A DNA stretch of 64,000 nt from Balanoglossus misakiensis. Lineage: Eukaryota > Animalia > Hemichordata. The notes under the pieces are model-generated. The model did no database searches, was not told the origin of the DNA, and worked only from the letters and a program-made list of their open reading frames with translations. Made by a program: the position numbers and the translations under genes. The stretch is taken from NCBI GenBank assembly GCA_040954595.2, contig CM082590.2, positions 3,100,001 to 3,164,000 on the forward strand. The letters are read 5' to 3'. Below, piece by piece: positions 40,001-49,718 of the stretch (its first letter is position 1; each line of letters starts with the position of its first letter).

Positions 40001-41294
40001 ACTCGGCGTCACTAAGGTTATCAAGCGTATCTAGTACCCGGGGTAATGCGTAAGCGTCTTTAATGGTTTTGGCGTTGAGACGTCTATAATCAATACACAC
40101 CCTCAGCTTCCCATCAGGTTTTCTGACACATACAACATTTGAGGACCACGGGCTGTTTGATTCTCTAATCACACCACTCTGTAGCATATCTTGCAGGTAC
40201 TGTTGCAATTCTTCGTACATACCCATAGGGATTCGACGGTATTTATCTTTAAAGGGGGTTTCATCCGTTAACTTTATCGAATGTGTTACCAATGTTGTGT
40301 GTCCCAAATCTCTCTCACCTGTAGAGAACACGGTTTGCCATTTACCAATGGTAGCCAAGGCTTGGTCTTTCTGGATTTCTGTTAATTCTGTATCTGCCTC
40401 TTGTAATCCCAGGTCTTTTATCAGCCAATCGGGTACTTTTGGTGAGGTGGTCCCATCTGAGTTTGTATCAATATCATCTCCATATGGATCTAAAGGCTGT
40501 GAGACATTAGATGCTAAGTTCATGTTACATAGGGTGCTTTTAGGGGGAACTGTGACAGCACGTGCTCCATAGTTGGTCACCATTACTGGGATTCGACACG
40601 AATTACCACGAGGCTCTAACTTCAACACGGCTGGAGTAACAAGTAAACCACCAGGTAAAAGTCTGTCATTTTCTGGTTCCACCACAACTACTGATTGACA
40701 ATTTCTTAGGTCCACTCTGCAAAATCCATGGATGACTGTGCGTTCGTATGGTCCAATGGTTGTGGGTTTAGTAGTGGTAACTGTAAATGTCCTACCTTCG
40801 GCCCTCTGCCGGTGGATAGTCGCTTGGTATGCTAGTCTCCATACTGAGGATAGGTCTGTACTGTACTGTGTATCTTCATCCACAAAATGTTGGAGAACAT
40901 TTGTGCCTATCACAACTGGAACCATCTGATTATATTCCGTGTCTTCAACAACAAGCAATAATATATCTTTAGACATCTCTTGTCCATGGCTATCTGGGAA
41001 TTTCACTTCAACTTCAATATAACCAAGGTAAGGAACTTCTGTACCACTAGCCCCTTCTACCTTCACCAAGTTGTTCAGGTCATGCATTGGTTTCTGTAGC
41101 TTCTCTCTGTTAAAAGTGTCAGCAACAGTAGATACCATGGACCCGGTGTCTATCAGCGCAATACACGAGGATCCTTCCAACACAATCTCAGTTTCATTGG
41201 CGTGGCCTATTAAAGAATCAATAACATTAGAGGGACTGTTACCGTTCCGACCTAGCGCATGTCCCTCCGGATGCCTGGTCGCTCCCCATTTAAA
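37035..41294 (-). CDS. pol: Pol polyprotein (protease, RT, RNase H, integrase), probably reached by -1 frameshift
   Basis: LIDTGS, YLDD, TDAS/FTDNNPL, HHCC (HDKLGH..CLPC), D-D-E (CIDF, HSDQG, CERFN), GPY/F-like KDPY. The frame is open upstream of 41183 as far as the slippery T TTA AAT (41294-41288) and is -1 relative to gag. Confidence 0.95.
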   Translation of the reverse strand, partial: FKWGATRHPEGHALGRNGNSPSNVIDSLIGHANETEIVLEGSSCIALIDTGSMVSTVADTFNREKLQKPMHDLNNLVKVEGASGTEVPYLGYIEVEVKFPDSHGQEMSKDILLLVVEDTEYNQMVPVVIGTNVLQHFVDEDTQYSTDLSSVWRLAYQATIHRQRAEGRTFTVTTTKPTTIGPYERTVIHGFCRVDLRNCQSVVVVEPENDRLLPGGLLVTPAVLKLEPRGNSCRIPVMVTNYGARAVTVPPKSTLCNMNLASNVSQPLDPYGDDIDTNSDGTTSPKVPDWLIKDLGLQEADTELTEIQKDQALATIGKWQTVFSTGERDLGHTTLVTHSIKLTDETPFKDKYRRIPMGMYEELQQYLQDMLQSGVIRESNSPWSSNVVCVRKPDGKLRVCIDYRRLNAKTIKDAYALPRVLDTLDNLSDAEWFSSLDLRSGYYQVEMAEDDKAKTAFTVGNFGLFEFNRMSMGLTNAPATFQRLMEKCFGELAFRECCVYLDDIIVFSKTFEDHLNRLERVFQRLASHGLKLKATKCVLFQKKVKYLGHVVSADGITTDPDKVAALKEWPIPTTVTELRRFLGFAGYYRRFIQSYSNIAKPLNDLLCGRQSRNKAGKFEKLQWGQQEQQAFDTLRKSLMSSPILAFADYSLPFEIHTDASSTGLGAVLYQRQKGILRVIAYASRGLTKSESNYPAHKLEFLALKWAVTKKFNDYLYGSKFTVFTDNNPLTYVLTSAKLDAVGHRWLSDLSLYDFSIVYRSGKKNIEADALSRIPWNRGNPETETNLGADVVQALCRATEGPYVTSFGMVADEDRPAVVQGGDDVFWKTEQSKDSTIRYVTDQLEKDHKPLMRDHTGDIRLLIRDWKRLVLKNGVLYRKCFIDDIQYLQLVLPVHHRKDVLEELHDKLGHFGQDKTLDLVRRRFYWPRMSMDVQKKVEHCLPCIRRKSSTSLPRTPLVNIHTSQPMEMVCIDFLHIPTPDQGYSNILVMTDHFTRYAIAVPTKNQSAKTTAKALFEHLILHYGFPGRLHSDQGRNFESSTIQELCRIANIKKSRTTPYHPQGNGMCERFNKTLLQMLGTMNKDNKTRWASHVNTMVHAYNSTKHESTGYSPFFLMFGREPRLPIDVSGHADQTNLEYGGTVSDYVTKLAERLDYAYKVATERSVKSGERQKKSYDRKVKVAIIQPGDTVLVKNTGPKDNYKLADQWEKDPYTVISQPIEDIPVYVVQKQVKGGRKRTLHRNLLLPIPIIPDELDDDVNTKMTQRDVKQSVPGVINDATQDAVDEEDDGIGKLQFVSTINLPTEHNALNPTAAEFIPSRRESSLMDNPTSMVNPDGPSQVLTSDFSNHILQSTDGWSSSDPDGITPATTNISPDSSSSTQPEPRYPTRQRRPPDRYSPEQWNLKQFAHTTLSSIPFINCHY

Positions 41295-42688
41295 GGACAG
41301 TCTGTCTTTTTGTGTCCATGTTCACCACACTTGAAGCAGTTGCCTGGGAAAACTTGTTTGGGTTGGCGAGTTCCATCGTTGCCACGCCGATCCCGGCCAT
41401 TTTCATTGTTGACACGTCGGCGAAAAGTAGACTCTGGAGTTGATGATGTTGAAGTTCGCTTCTCTAGTTCAGCAACCTTCTCAGCTAAGTTCTTCAGACC
41501 TTTGGTAAGTTCCTCCAATTTGGTTATCATCGTCTTGTCAGCAACAGTTGCTTGGTGAACCCTGGTAGTGGTCTCCCTATTTACTTCAAGCTTTCTTGCG
41601 GCTAGCAACAATCCTGAATAATCTTCTCCCGTATCATATCGGTGTCTGATTGCATTCTTAATGTGCTCATCTGACAGGCCAGAAAAGAATTTGGTTCGAA
41701 GCATGGTTTCTTCTGAATTACTAGAGATGGACTGACCTGATCTGAGTTCATCCAAAAGTCCTTCGATGCGACAGGCCCATTCTGCTACCTTTTCTGTCTT
41801 CGTTTGTCGTGCTGTATAGAATTTTTCCAAAACTGCTTCCGGTGGCAATACTTTCCCAAAGACCATGTCCATCTTCGCCATCAATCGGGACACTGTGATG
41901 TCTTCTCCCATATGTAGTAGGACTTCAGCAGCGGACGCTCGTAGGGATTTCCGAACAGCCTGCATAATTATGGTCTCCGGAAACACATTCTCCCTCTGTA
42001 GTGCTCGAACTTCATATCGCCACATTTCATAAGTGACATCACCTTTGCCAGAGAAGACGACTATTCTTGGGAATTCCACCGAGTGAAAAGCAGTAGTGGC
42101 TGTGGCTGGCTGTGCAGCAGCTGCTTGGGCAGGTGAAGACATAATAAATGGTGAAGAATCTGCAACTGAAGTTGGTACTGGAAATGCTGGAAATGGAATC
42201 GGCTGTGGCATAGGGGTTGATACGATTGGTTTCAGTGGAGCAGGTGATATGGCCTGTGCAACCGCTTTCCTATCTGCTTCAGACAGTAAACTCAACATGT
42301 TAATAATTTCCTGTACATCTGCTTTGGGTTTGGATGTCTTGGGATCACTGGTGTCATTGTAATCTAGGCCAGTACTTTGTTCGGTTTCCTCAATTAAATG
42401 CCACAGTTCCAACCCTCGGGCTGTGGTCACACGACTTGCCCGTAATTTGCTTTCTTCAAAAGTGCTTTTATGTATTACTGGCAGAGCGGCTGTGGCTGAT
42501 TCTATATTCTCAAATATGACAAAAGCGGAATCTTTATCAGAAATATAAATTTGATCAACCTGGGCCAAACCAAGCTGTAACTCGATAAATTCTCTAAAAT
42601 GTTTCTTTGTACATTCAAAAGGCAAGTGTTGCACATAAATGCTTCGCTCTTGAATTTATATTTTGGACACAGCCATTTTTTTTTCCAT
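41252..42688 (-). CDS. gag: Gag (PNMA-like capsid, CCHC knuckle) with an N-terminal RRM; in-frame TAA near the start
   Basis: PRIVVFSG..YEMWRYEV..KSLRASAA, FFSGL, CFKCGEHGHKKTDC. In-frame ATGs at 42688 and 42676 are followed by TAA at 42656-42658, then the 460-aa ORF. Confidence 0.9.
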
Positions 42689-43588
42689 AAAATGAGAGGC
42701 AATTTGGGAGGACTCTGACGTGTCGTTAAATACGATGCAATGCAAGCTATTTCACTGGAAAATCTTAACAATAATATCAGTATCTACTGGCATAGCACAT
42801 ACGTTAACAGGGAATGGACTAAGCATAGAATAGTTTACAGACACTGCCAAAGGTTCTATAGAGACTAATGTATGATTTGGATGAATACGACCATTCATGG
42901 ACAGTCTCAATAATAATGAAACAACTAAATAACTAATACAATAATAAACTAACTCAAGTCAATATACAATATTTAACTTATAACTTAATATTTTTTTTTT
43001 TCAACAAGTGCTGAAAATTTTTTTTTTTTCCACGTCGTTTGGAAAATAATGAACTGAAATTTACAAAGAAAATTATACTTCCGCACTTAACCAAAATATA
43101 CTGTTGCTAAGAAAAATTTACAAACATTACGTTACACCAGGTTCTACGGCGAATAACCAGAAAGTTCGTTTGCAATATAATACCCAGTCCACAAGTTCAA
43201 GTCCGAAGTTATCACAGATGGAAACTATGCGCCACGGACGGAATTTATGCGCACTGTCTATAGTTCGCACGGAATAACACTGTCAAGTTCTGGACACACA
43301 ATACCTTGTATACCGCGATGAACACTTCACACTAAACAGTTCCGGCCGGTAACAGTTCAGCGACTTCACCACTTGGCACTCTGCAGAGAATTTTCCTCGC
43401 CGTTGACGCTTGGACCTGGCTCCCGTCTGTCTGCAGTCCGGGTGGCTCCCCAAGGACGTCCAGCTCAGCGAAAGACACACCTGGTTGGGCGTTGTCCGTT
43501 GTCCAGACACTTCTGACCAGTTAAAACATGGCACTTGTCAGTATCATCCTCTCCGTCCCGAAAAAAGAACTTGCGTAGGAATTGCCAA

Positions 43589-43606
43589 ATCCTGCCGACT
43601 ACGCCA
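43589..43606 (-). other. Primer-binding site complementary to the tRNA-Ser 3' end
   Basis: TGGCGTAGTCGGCAGGAT lies 2 nt after the 5' LTR. It matches the metazoan tRNA-Ser(AGA/TGA) 3' end ...ATCCTGCCGACTACG-CCA. Confidence 0.9.
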
Positions 43607-43608
43607 TT

Positions 43609-44252
43609 TGTCACGGTTGTCGCCGTTCATTCCAACATATTCACACCAAACAGGTTACGGGTAACAAAGACATAGGCCTTACATTTAATAACTGAAATGG
43701 AACAAATACATGTCGGTTCCACAACGTGTGTGGCCGGTCTGGCTACAGAGGTGAACTGCTAAATTACACACATGTATGGGAGTTCACCTCCAACAGAATA
43801 CACCAAAATTCATGCAAGTGAAAAATATAGACATACAATTGGAAAATTGACGCAAGTTAACGACACCAATTACTTGTGCTGAAATGAGTCGGTAGAATGC
43901 ACCAAAATACAAAGCTTCAAGCAACAGGTAAGGTACAAGGAAACTAACCTGAAATGGAACAAATACATGTCAGTTCCAACGTGTGTGGCCGGTCTGGCTA
44001 CAGAGGTGAACTGACCAATTTTATGCACCATGTCCTTTTATATCAGCAATTACATCATAGTGCCAGATTAGCTTGTGTTCATTGGTCAAATGAAACTTCC
44101 AGGTGGTTTGCATATAATTAAGATCAACCAATTGAAGGTAAGTACTATTACGTCATATGAATAATTGAATAACTAATTACTATAAGATACAGGTATAACA
44201 TACATACAGATATACATGTATACAAATTCAATGGATCAACAAGGCCGTTACA
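43609..44252 (-). repeat. 5' LTR
   Basis: 644-bp direct repeat of 36332-36975. Confidence 0.95.
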
Positions 44253-44256
44253 CATG

Positions 44257-44345
44257 TCTGAAATTAACACATACACACTGGGTGCGATTGAAAAGGTATG
44301 ACTGAAACCACAACAGGGCTGCAACCCCCAAAAGACCAAATCAAT
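44257..44345 (-). mobile_element. 5' remainder of the L2/CR1 RT fragment split by the Gypsy insertion
   Basis: Reads FGLLGVAALLWFQSYLFNRTQCVCVN, the typical WFxSYLxxRxQ RT motif. Confidence 0.75.
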
Positions 44346-44360
44346 TTCTTTGATGATTCA

Positions 44361-45790
44361 TTAAATGTCATCACAGTCACCATCATTGGAATCACAATCA
44401 CCATTCTTTGAATTATCAGTTTGTTTTTCTTCCGTCCAGTTATATTCATCAGTCAGTTCGTCAAAGTCAGAATCAGTCTCGTAAATATTTCCCTCTTCTT
44501 CTCTTAAAATGTCAAATTCATGTGACTCCTGTAAAATTGCATCAATGCTATTTTCCATATTATGATGTTCAGTATCAGTGATTGGTGATGGTGATTCTAA
44601 TAGTGGTGACTTATCTGTATATTTTGGGCATACCCCATACTTTTTCGATGTGGTACAGAATCCAGGATTCCCATTATGTGGATTACTGCAGTCATTACAT
44701 CGACACGCAGGGCCACAACCATTGTGGGTCTTATAACATTTACAACATCTGCTATTACAAGTTGGCATCTTTTAGCAGCCACACCCTTTTGTTAGCAACT
44801 CCAAATTATTTTTCACTTTTTCCAAATTGGCATCACTGTCCTAAATAATATCAAGTTCGCCGTTGCTTAGTCTGTATCCATAATTATTGAATAAGGGAAA
44901 CGTAACATGGCACTGATCGGCCTGGGACCATAACTGAGAGCCCCAGCATGATCTTTTCCAGTGCAGTTGTAGGGCTTCAAAGGAAGGGATACATTCTTCC
45001 TCATACTGGATACGTGGGCAAATTGTTTCTCGTATATATGTAAGCCATTTGATGTGGTTATCTTTAAGACTGTTAGTGACACTGGCTACTTGTCGATAAA
45101 GTTCAAAAGGATGAGATGCATCAAATGCTTGGAAATGTTTCTTAACATAAACACTACCTTTTAAACGTATGAAAGCGAAAATTCCATTCCCTACACTGTC
45201 TACTGTTGTGTCTATCAGTGTTCCAGGTATAAGGGTGCCACTAGTTATAAATTCAGAGTATTGAAAAAATGTCTTGTAGAAAGATTTCCTTCCGATGCCT
45301 GCAAAGTATAGTCACAACCTGTGCATATGAACAGTGTTTGAAATATTTTGCCTAAATATTGGAGGGGAATATGTTGCAAATCAGGGTCTAAATTTAAATC
45401 TGATTTGAATTGATTCATGTCTAAATAAGTGAGATTTGATAAATCATTATCAAGTTGTACAAATATCTCCTTTTGAACATGTTGATATAGTACTGGGAGG
45501 AGAACATGATAAGTATCGGTATCAGGGGAGTAAATAACACCTTTCTTGTAAGAGGACTGAACTGCATGAAGGATGCATCTACTGTCAGCTTCTTCATGAC
45601 AACTTTTGGCTTCCCACTCAGACACAATTCCATTACTACCAACGAAAAGACTCTTGTCCCTATTTTCTCCATCAAAGCCACCTGCTGTAATGAGGACCTG
45701 ATCACCTTGCAGAGCCGGCACAATTATTTTTAAAGATGTGGCTGACAAGAAGTTCACTAGTTTTCTCTTGTTTGGCTTACAATTGATGTA
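44361..45790 (-). pseudogene. Academ protein C-terminus: XPG/FEN1-like nuclease and Cys-cluster (CXC-like) domain, frameshifted
   Basis: CHEEADSRCILH..YSPDTDTY..TGCDYT; CNSRCCKCYKTHNGCGPACRCNDCSN followed by an acidic tail. Confidence 0.85.
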
Positions 45791-46537
45791 TGTTTTGAGC
45801 TAATATTATTGATTACCTATTTTTTATGCATTTTTTTGTATTTTTCCATGTTATTAGTAAAAAGTCTTCATTTCTGAAAGTGATGGGCTTACTTCTTTGA
45901 AATTTAGCATGAAGCTTCCTAATGGTTGTCTGAGTAACCATAGTTTTGTTCAAATTGTTGCAAAATTTGCATATTTATAATTTTGAGCAATATTTGCCAT
46001 TTTTGGTCAATTTATTTTTCTTTAAAACCGCATGCCAGATTGCTTTGCAATTTGGTAGGCATGTTCGTAGGTGTAAGTCAAGTAATATGTTGTAAAAAAT
46101 GTGATATTTTCATAAATGTGTTATCGGGGAAACTTTTGCAATTTTTGTCAAAAATTGTTTTCCTGAAACTGTTTGTCATATTGCATAGAACTTTGGCAGC
46201 ATGTTCCTTGTAGTGATTGAGGTAAGGTATTGTACAATTTTGTGTTTTTGCCACTTTTGAACAAATATCTTTTGTGAAACTGCTTGTTGATTGCTTTGAA
46301 ATTAGTTTTTTCTCTGATTGCTTTGAAATTTGGGATATAATTTCATAACACATACATGTATATGTGCAACTTTTATTCAATTCTGATATCAGAAATATTC
46401 AATATTTAGCGAGTTTTTATGAAAGTTTCTTTGTTTTTGGTTAGCAAATCTTCTCCTTAACCAATTATCCAGTTGTTTTGAAAGTTACTGTTTACAAGGA
46501 GTCGTTACCCCCAACTTAGACATGTTTACATAACTTC

Positions 46538-46596
46538 AATAAGCCAGCTGTCAGAGAGACCATGGGCTATTAAATTTTTAATTACCAGTGGCAGGT

Positions 46597-46629
<33 letters not shown>

Positions 46630-46860
46630 TGTCTGTCTGTCTGTTCCAGGGCTGACTGAAAGAAGTTGCTTCTCATATGTGTTTGTACAGACAATTTTTG
46701 GTCAATTTTTGGGCATGTTCCTTGTTAATGTTTTTACATTCCATATTTCTATATCGTAAGATCATATCTGCTTGCAATGTCACCTGTAATTTTTATTCTG
46801 GTGTGTCACTGTTTCTACATAATCCTCAAATGGGACCACAGTGTCCTTGACGCTATTTTT
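46538..46860 (-). mobile_element. Short HINE/pearl-like element truncating the Academ ORF
   Basis: The end sequence AAAATAGCGTCAAGGACACTGTGGTCCCATTT is shared with 34703-34735 (+) and partly with 33583-33605 (-). (GT)n(CTGT)n microsatellite at 46599-46645. Related core-repeat relics at 45800-46520. Confidence 0.55.
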
Positions 46861-47446
46861 CGCTGTGTCATCTGAAAATATATTAGTTAGCTCCCTGGCG
46901 GTATTAAGTGGTGAAAATTCATCAGCACCTTCAAGACAATTGATATACAACCTGCAGTTTGACTCATTTATTTTATGTACGCTAACTGAATTATGGGTTT
47001 CATTTTGGAAAGGAAATAACTGATCTTTTAGATTCTTGGCAGCCATAGCTCTATAGGGTAAATAAATTGCTATTCTCTCCATTAACCCACCTGTAGAAGT
47101 ATGCAATGCAGCTTTAACATCTTTATTGACACACATTTCATGGGCTTCATCTAGTGCTACATTAACCCAAGTTGAGCCTGACAAATTGCAAACAAAACCA
47201 CCTGCTTTGAAATGTAACAACAGAGAGTTTGGCATCTTCAGAAGGTCAGCGAGATGTCTGGGAATTAACCTCAAGTACAGGGATCGGTCATATGCATGGA
47301 ACAGTGGGTTCATTTGTTTCAAAGCCAATATTCGAAGGTTCCAATTTCCTGACCTTATTGCAATGTACAAAGACATGTATGCAAACAAATCTTCCTCTAT
47401 AAATCTAACCCAAAATTTGAAAGTTTTGTCTGTATTTGCCCTTCTG

Positions 47447-48061
47447 CACAGTACGTGAAATATCCCATGATTCATTCTGATTTGTACAATCATTTACTCA
47501 GTCAAACCAGGCAAAGTTAACATGTGTAGAGAGAATTGTACACCACTAATATAAATTTTGAGATCTTACTTTTAAGGTGAATCTTATTGTCAATTACCAT
47601 TTCAAATGATTTAGAAAATTATGCATTATTGAGAGAGGAGATACGAATTTTATAAAATAATCAAGCAATTGCATAGCCAGCCATACAAAAAAGTTTGGAG
47701 TAAAACAGGGTCACTTGTAAAACCTGTTTAATCAAACAAAAAGATATTGATTTTTTCTATTGACAGAACAATGGAAATTTACATGTTAACTTTCAACAGA
47801 GACTGGCCACCTCAGTTAGTCATTGCTTGTTTCCCCTAAAGTGTGACATTTGCAGTACATTGATACTTTGATTTCTATGGCTTTTAAATTTTGATTTTGA
47901 AATTTACATTCTAATTCATCAACGTACTTTTCCTAGATAAAAATAAATAGATTTATATGTACTTCATATCATTGTTAGTATCTAAAACAGAAAAAGTTAT
48001 TAAATGGGCAACCTTCGATGATACAAATAACGGAGACTTGTGGATAAAATATCGTACTATG
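47447..48061. mobile_element. Transib/RAG-like non-autonomous element (615 bp, 5-bp TSD)
   Basis: TTCTG|CACAGTACGTGAAATATCC...GGATAAAATATCGTACTATG|TTCTG. Excision restores the host frame TGT GAC AGA AGG GCA. Confidence 0.75.
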
Positions 48062-48395
48062 TTCTGTCACAAAAAATCTGAAATTCCTCTTGCAAGCCAG
48101 TAAGTTGAGCCTTAAGGTCACCATTAATTTTGTCAATATGATCAGCTTTATCTTCAGTACATTCCAAACATTTTGTGACAGCTTCTAGTAAACATTTTTG
48201 GACTGTTTCTGTATCTAAGGGACAGTGCTGGGTATTATGGGTTTCACCCCTCTGATTCAAAAAGGAATTGACAAGACATCTAAACATACGTTCCCAAATT
48301 TGTGTTGGGAAGCGATGAGTTAGCTTGAAATTTGTACACTGAACTAGGGTTTCCGAAGTTCCCCCTTTATGATTGAACCCTGCCAGATGTTTTAA

Positions 48396-49191
48396 GATGG
48401 GTCCCTAGGATCTTTTTGCTCGTTGCTATGGGCCTTTATAGGACATTACACCCCGATTTGGACTAAGCCGTTTTCAGAGTCTAACAAGGGGCTGGTAACT
48501 AGTTGAAAATCTGCACGATTGTGAGCGCGCGCCCCCTGACGCCATTGATATGCAAATTAGCTAGGTCAAATTTCAAAAGCCTAAGGCTTTTTATTCCGTG
48601 ACCTCAAAAACGAACTTGATACGTATTCATTAGTTGCTTGAACCAGGGAAGATCGTGACGGATTTTGTTTTCGAATATTATCGTTGTATCCTACGATTTC
48701 AGCATACCCGTACCACATCTGAAAAAGTCATCGATTTTGGGTGTTTTTGGACGCACTCTTCCACCGGTATCGCTTCTTAGCACGACGAAAACAGAAAAAA
48801 ACGATCCGTCACACTGTGCGGAAGTACGTTCTCAACAAGCAGGTCAAATTTGACTGGCGTACGTGGCCTATGAAAAAAGCCTTAGGGATTTTCGTGAACG
48901 GTACAAAATCTCTGTGTACAAAACATTGGATTTTTAGCGTTCGATCCAGTTACTGTGGTTACAGGACGCGCACGCTATCGCTGACCGCTGCTTTGCCGTA
49001 TTAGCGTGGCGGCCTATGGCCGGGCGGTAGCTGCCGTAAACATACTCGGACATGGGGTGTGCACACAATCGTGCAGATTTTCAACTAGTTACCAGCCCCT
49101 TGTTAGACTCTGAAAACGGCTTAGTCCAAATCGGGGTGTAATGTCCTATAAAGGCCCATAGCAACGAGCAAAAAGATCCCAGGGACCCATC
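48396..49191. mobile_element. Kolobok-like non-autonomous element with ~126-bp near-perfect TIRs and TTAA TSD
   Basis: TTAA|GATGGGTCCCT...AGGGACCCATC|TTAA. 48396-48521 is the reverse complement of 49066-49191. The RR..YY ends argue against piggyBac. Confidence 0.85.
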
Positions 49192-49718
49192 TTAAGTCAG
49201 CATCCCAGAATATTTTCATGATGACTGGTTGGTAATTTTTTAGATTATGCCAGTCTCCGATAAAAGGCTGCAACCAGTCTAAATCTGCACCATACATGTC
49301 TTTTAACTTTATCAGGTGATGGAAAGTTTTCCCATCACCAACCACAACCAGGTATTTTATTCTTACACCAACTCTGAATGTAACATATACAGCTTATTGA
49401 TAATGTTATGGACAGTTTCAATAGAGTCTGCGTGTTCACTTGATATGCCCAAATAAATGACATTTGAGCATTCACTGTCATTACTGTTAGCAGTTGTTGC
49501 TAATGTTGATTTAAAATCCCCAAATACTGTTTCTATATCAGCTCTGTGCATTGTATTTTTTGTAGAGCAAAAATGAATGCGTCAGAAAACAGTTCTGACC
49601 AAGCAATAGCTTCTTCTTGTTTAATGTCAAAATCTGACAGCGAAATTGATGACTGTGGTTGATGTTGTCTCAGTAGAGGTGGTTTAATTAAATACTACAT
49701 CATCATGAACAGTATCAT

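Larger units (their letters stand above)
36332..44252 (-). mobile_element. Full-length, very young Gypsy/Ty3 LTR retrotransposon (7921 bp)
   Basis: TG..CA LTRs of 644 bp. TSD CATG at 36328-36331 and 44253-44256. gag and pol in PR-RT-RH-IN order. Confidence 0.97.
46861..49704 (-). pseudogene. Academ transposase core, split by two MITEs
   Basis: VGDGKTF..YGADLDWLQPFIGDWHNLKN..WDADL|KHLAGF..FCDR|RANTDKTFKFW..AIRSGNW..ALDEAHEMCVNKDVK. The frame is restored when both MITEs and one TSD copy of each are removed. Confidence 0.85.

Noticed and set aside
37091-42771. Short overlapping or antisense ORFs in the Gypsy element, and an env or chromodomain
   Set aside because: These are shadow ORFs of gag/pol. 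pol ends ~60 bp from the 3' LTR, leaving no room for env, and its C-terminus is low-complexity with no chromodomain motif.
47447-48061. Spliceosomal intron in the Academ gene
   Set aside because: The boundaries are explained exactly by TIRs plus a 5-bp TSD, not by GT-AG.
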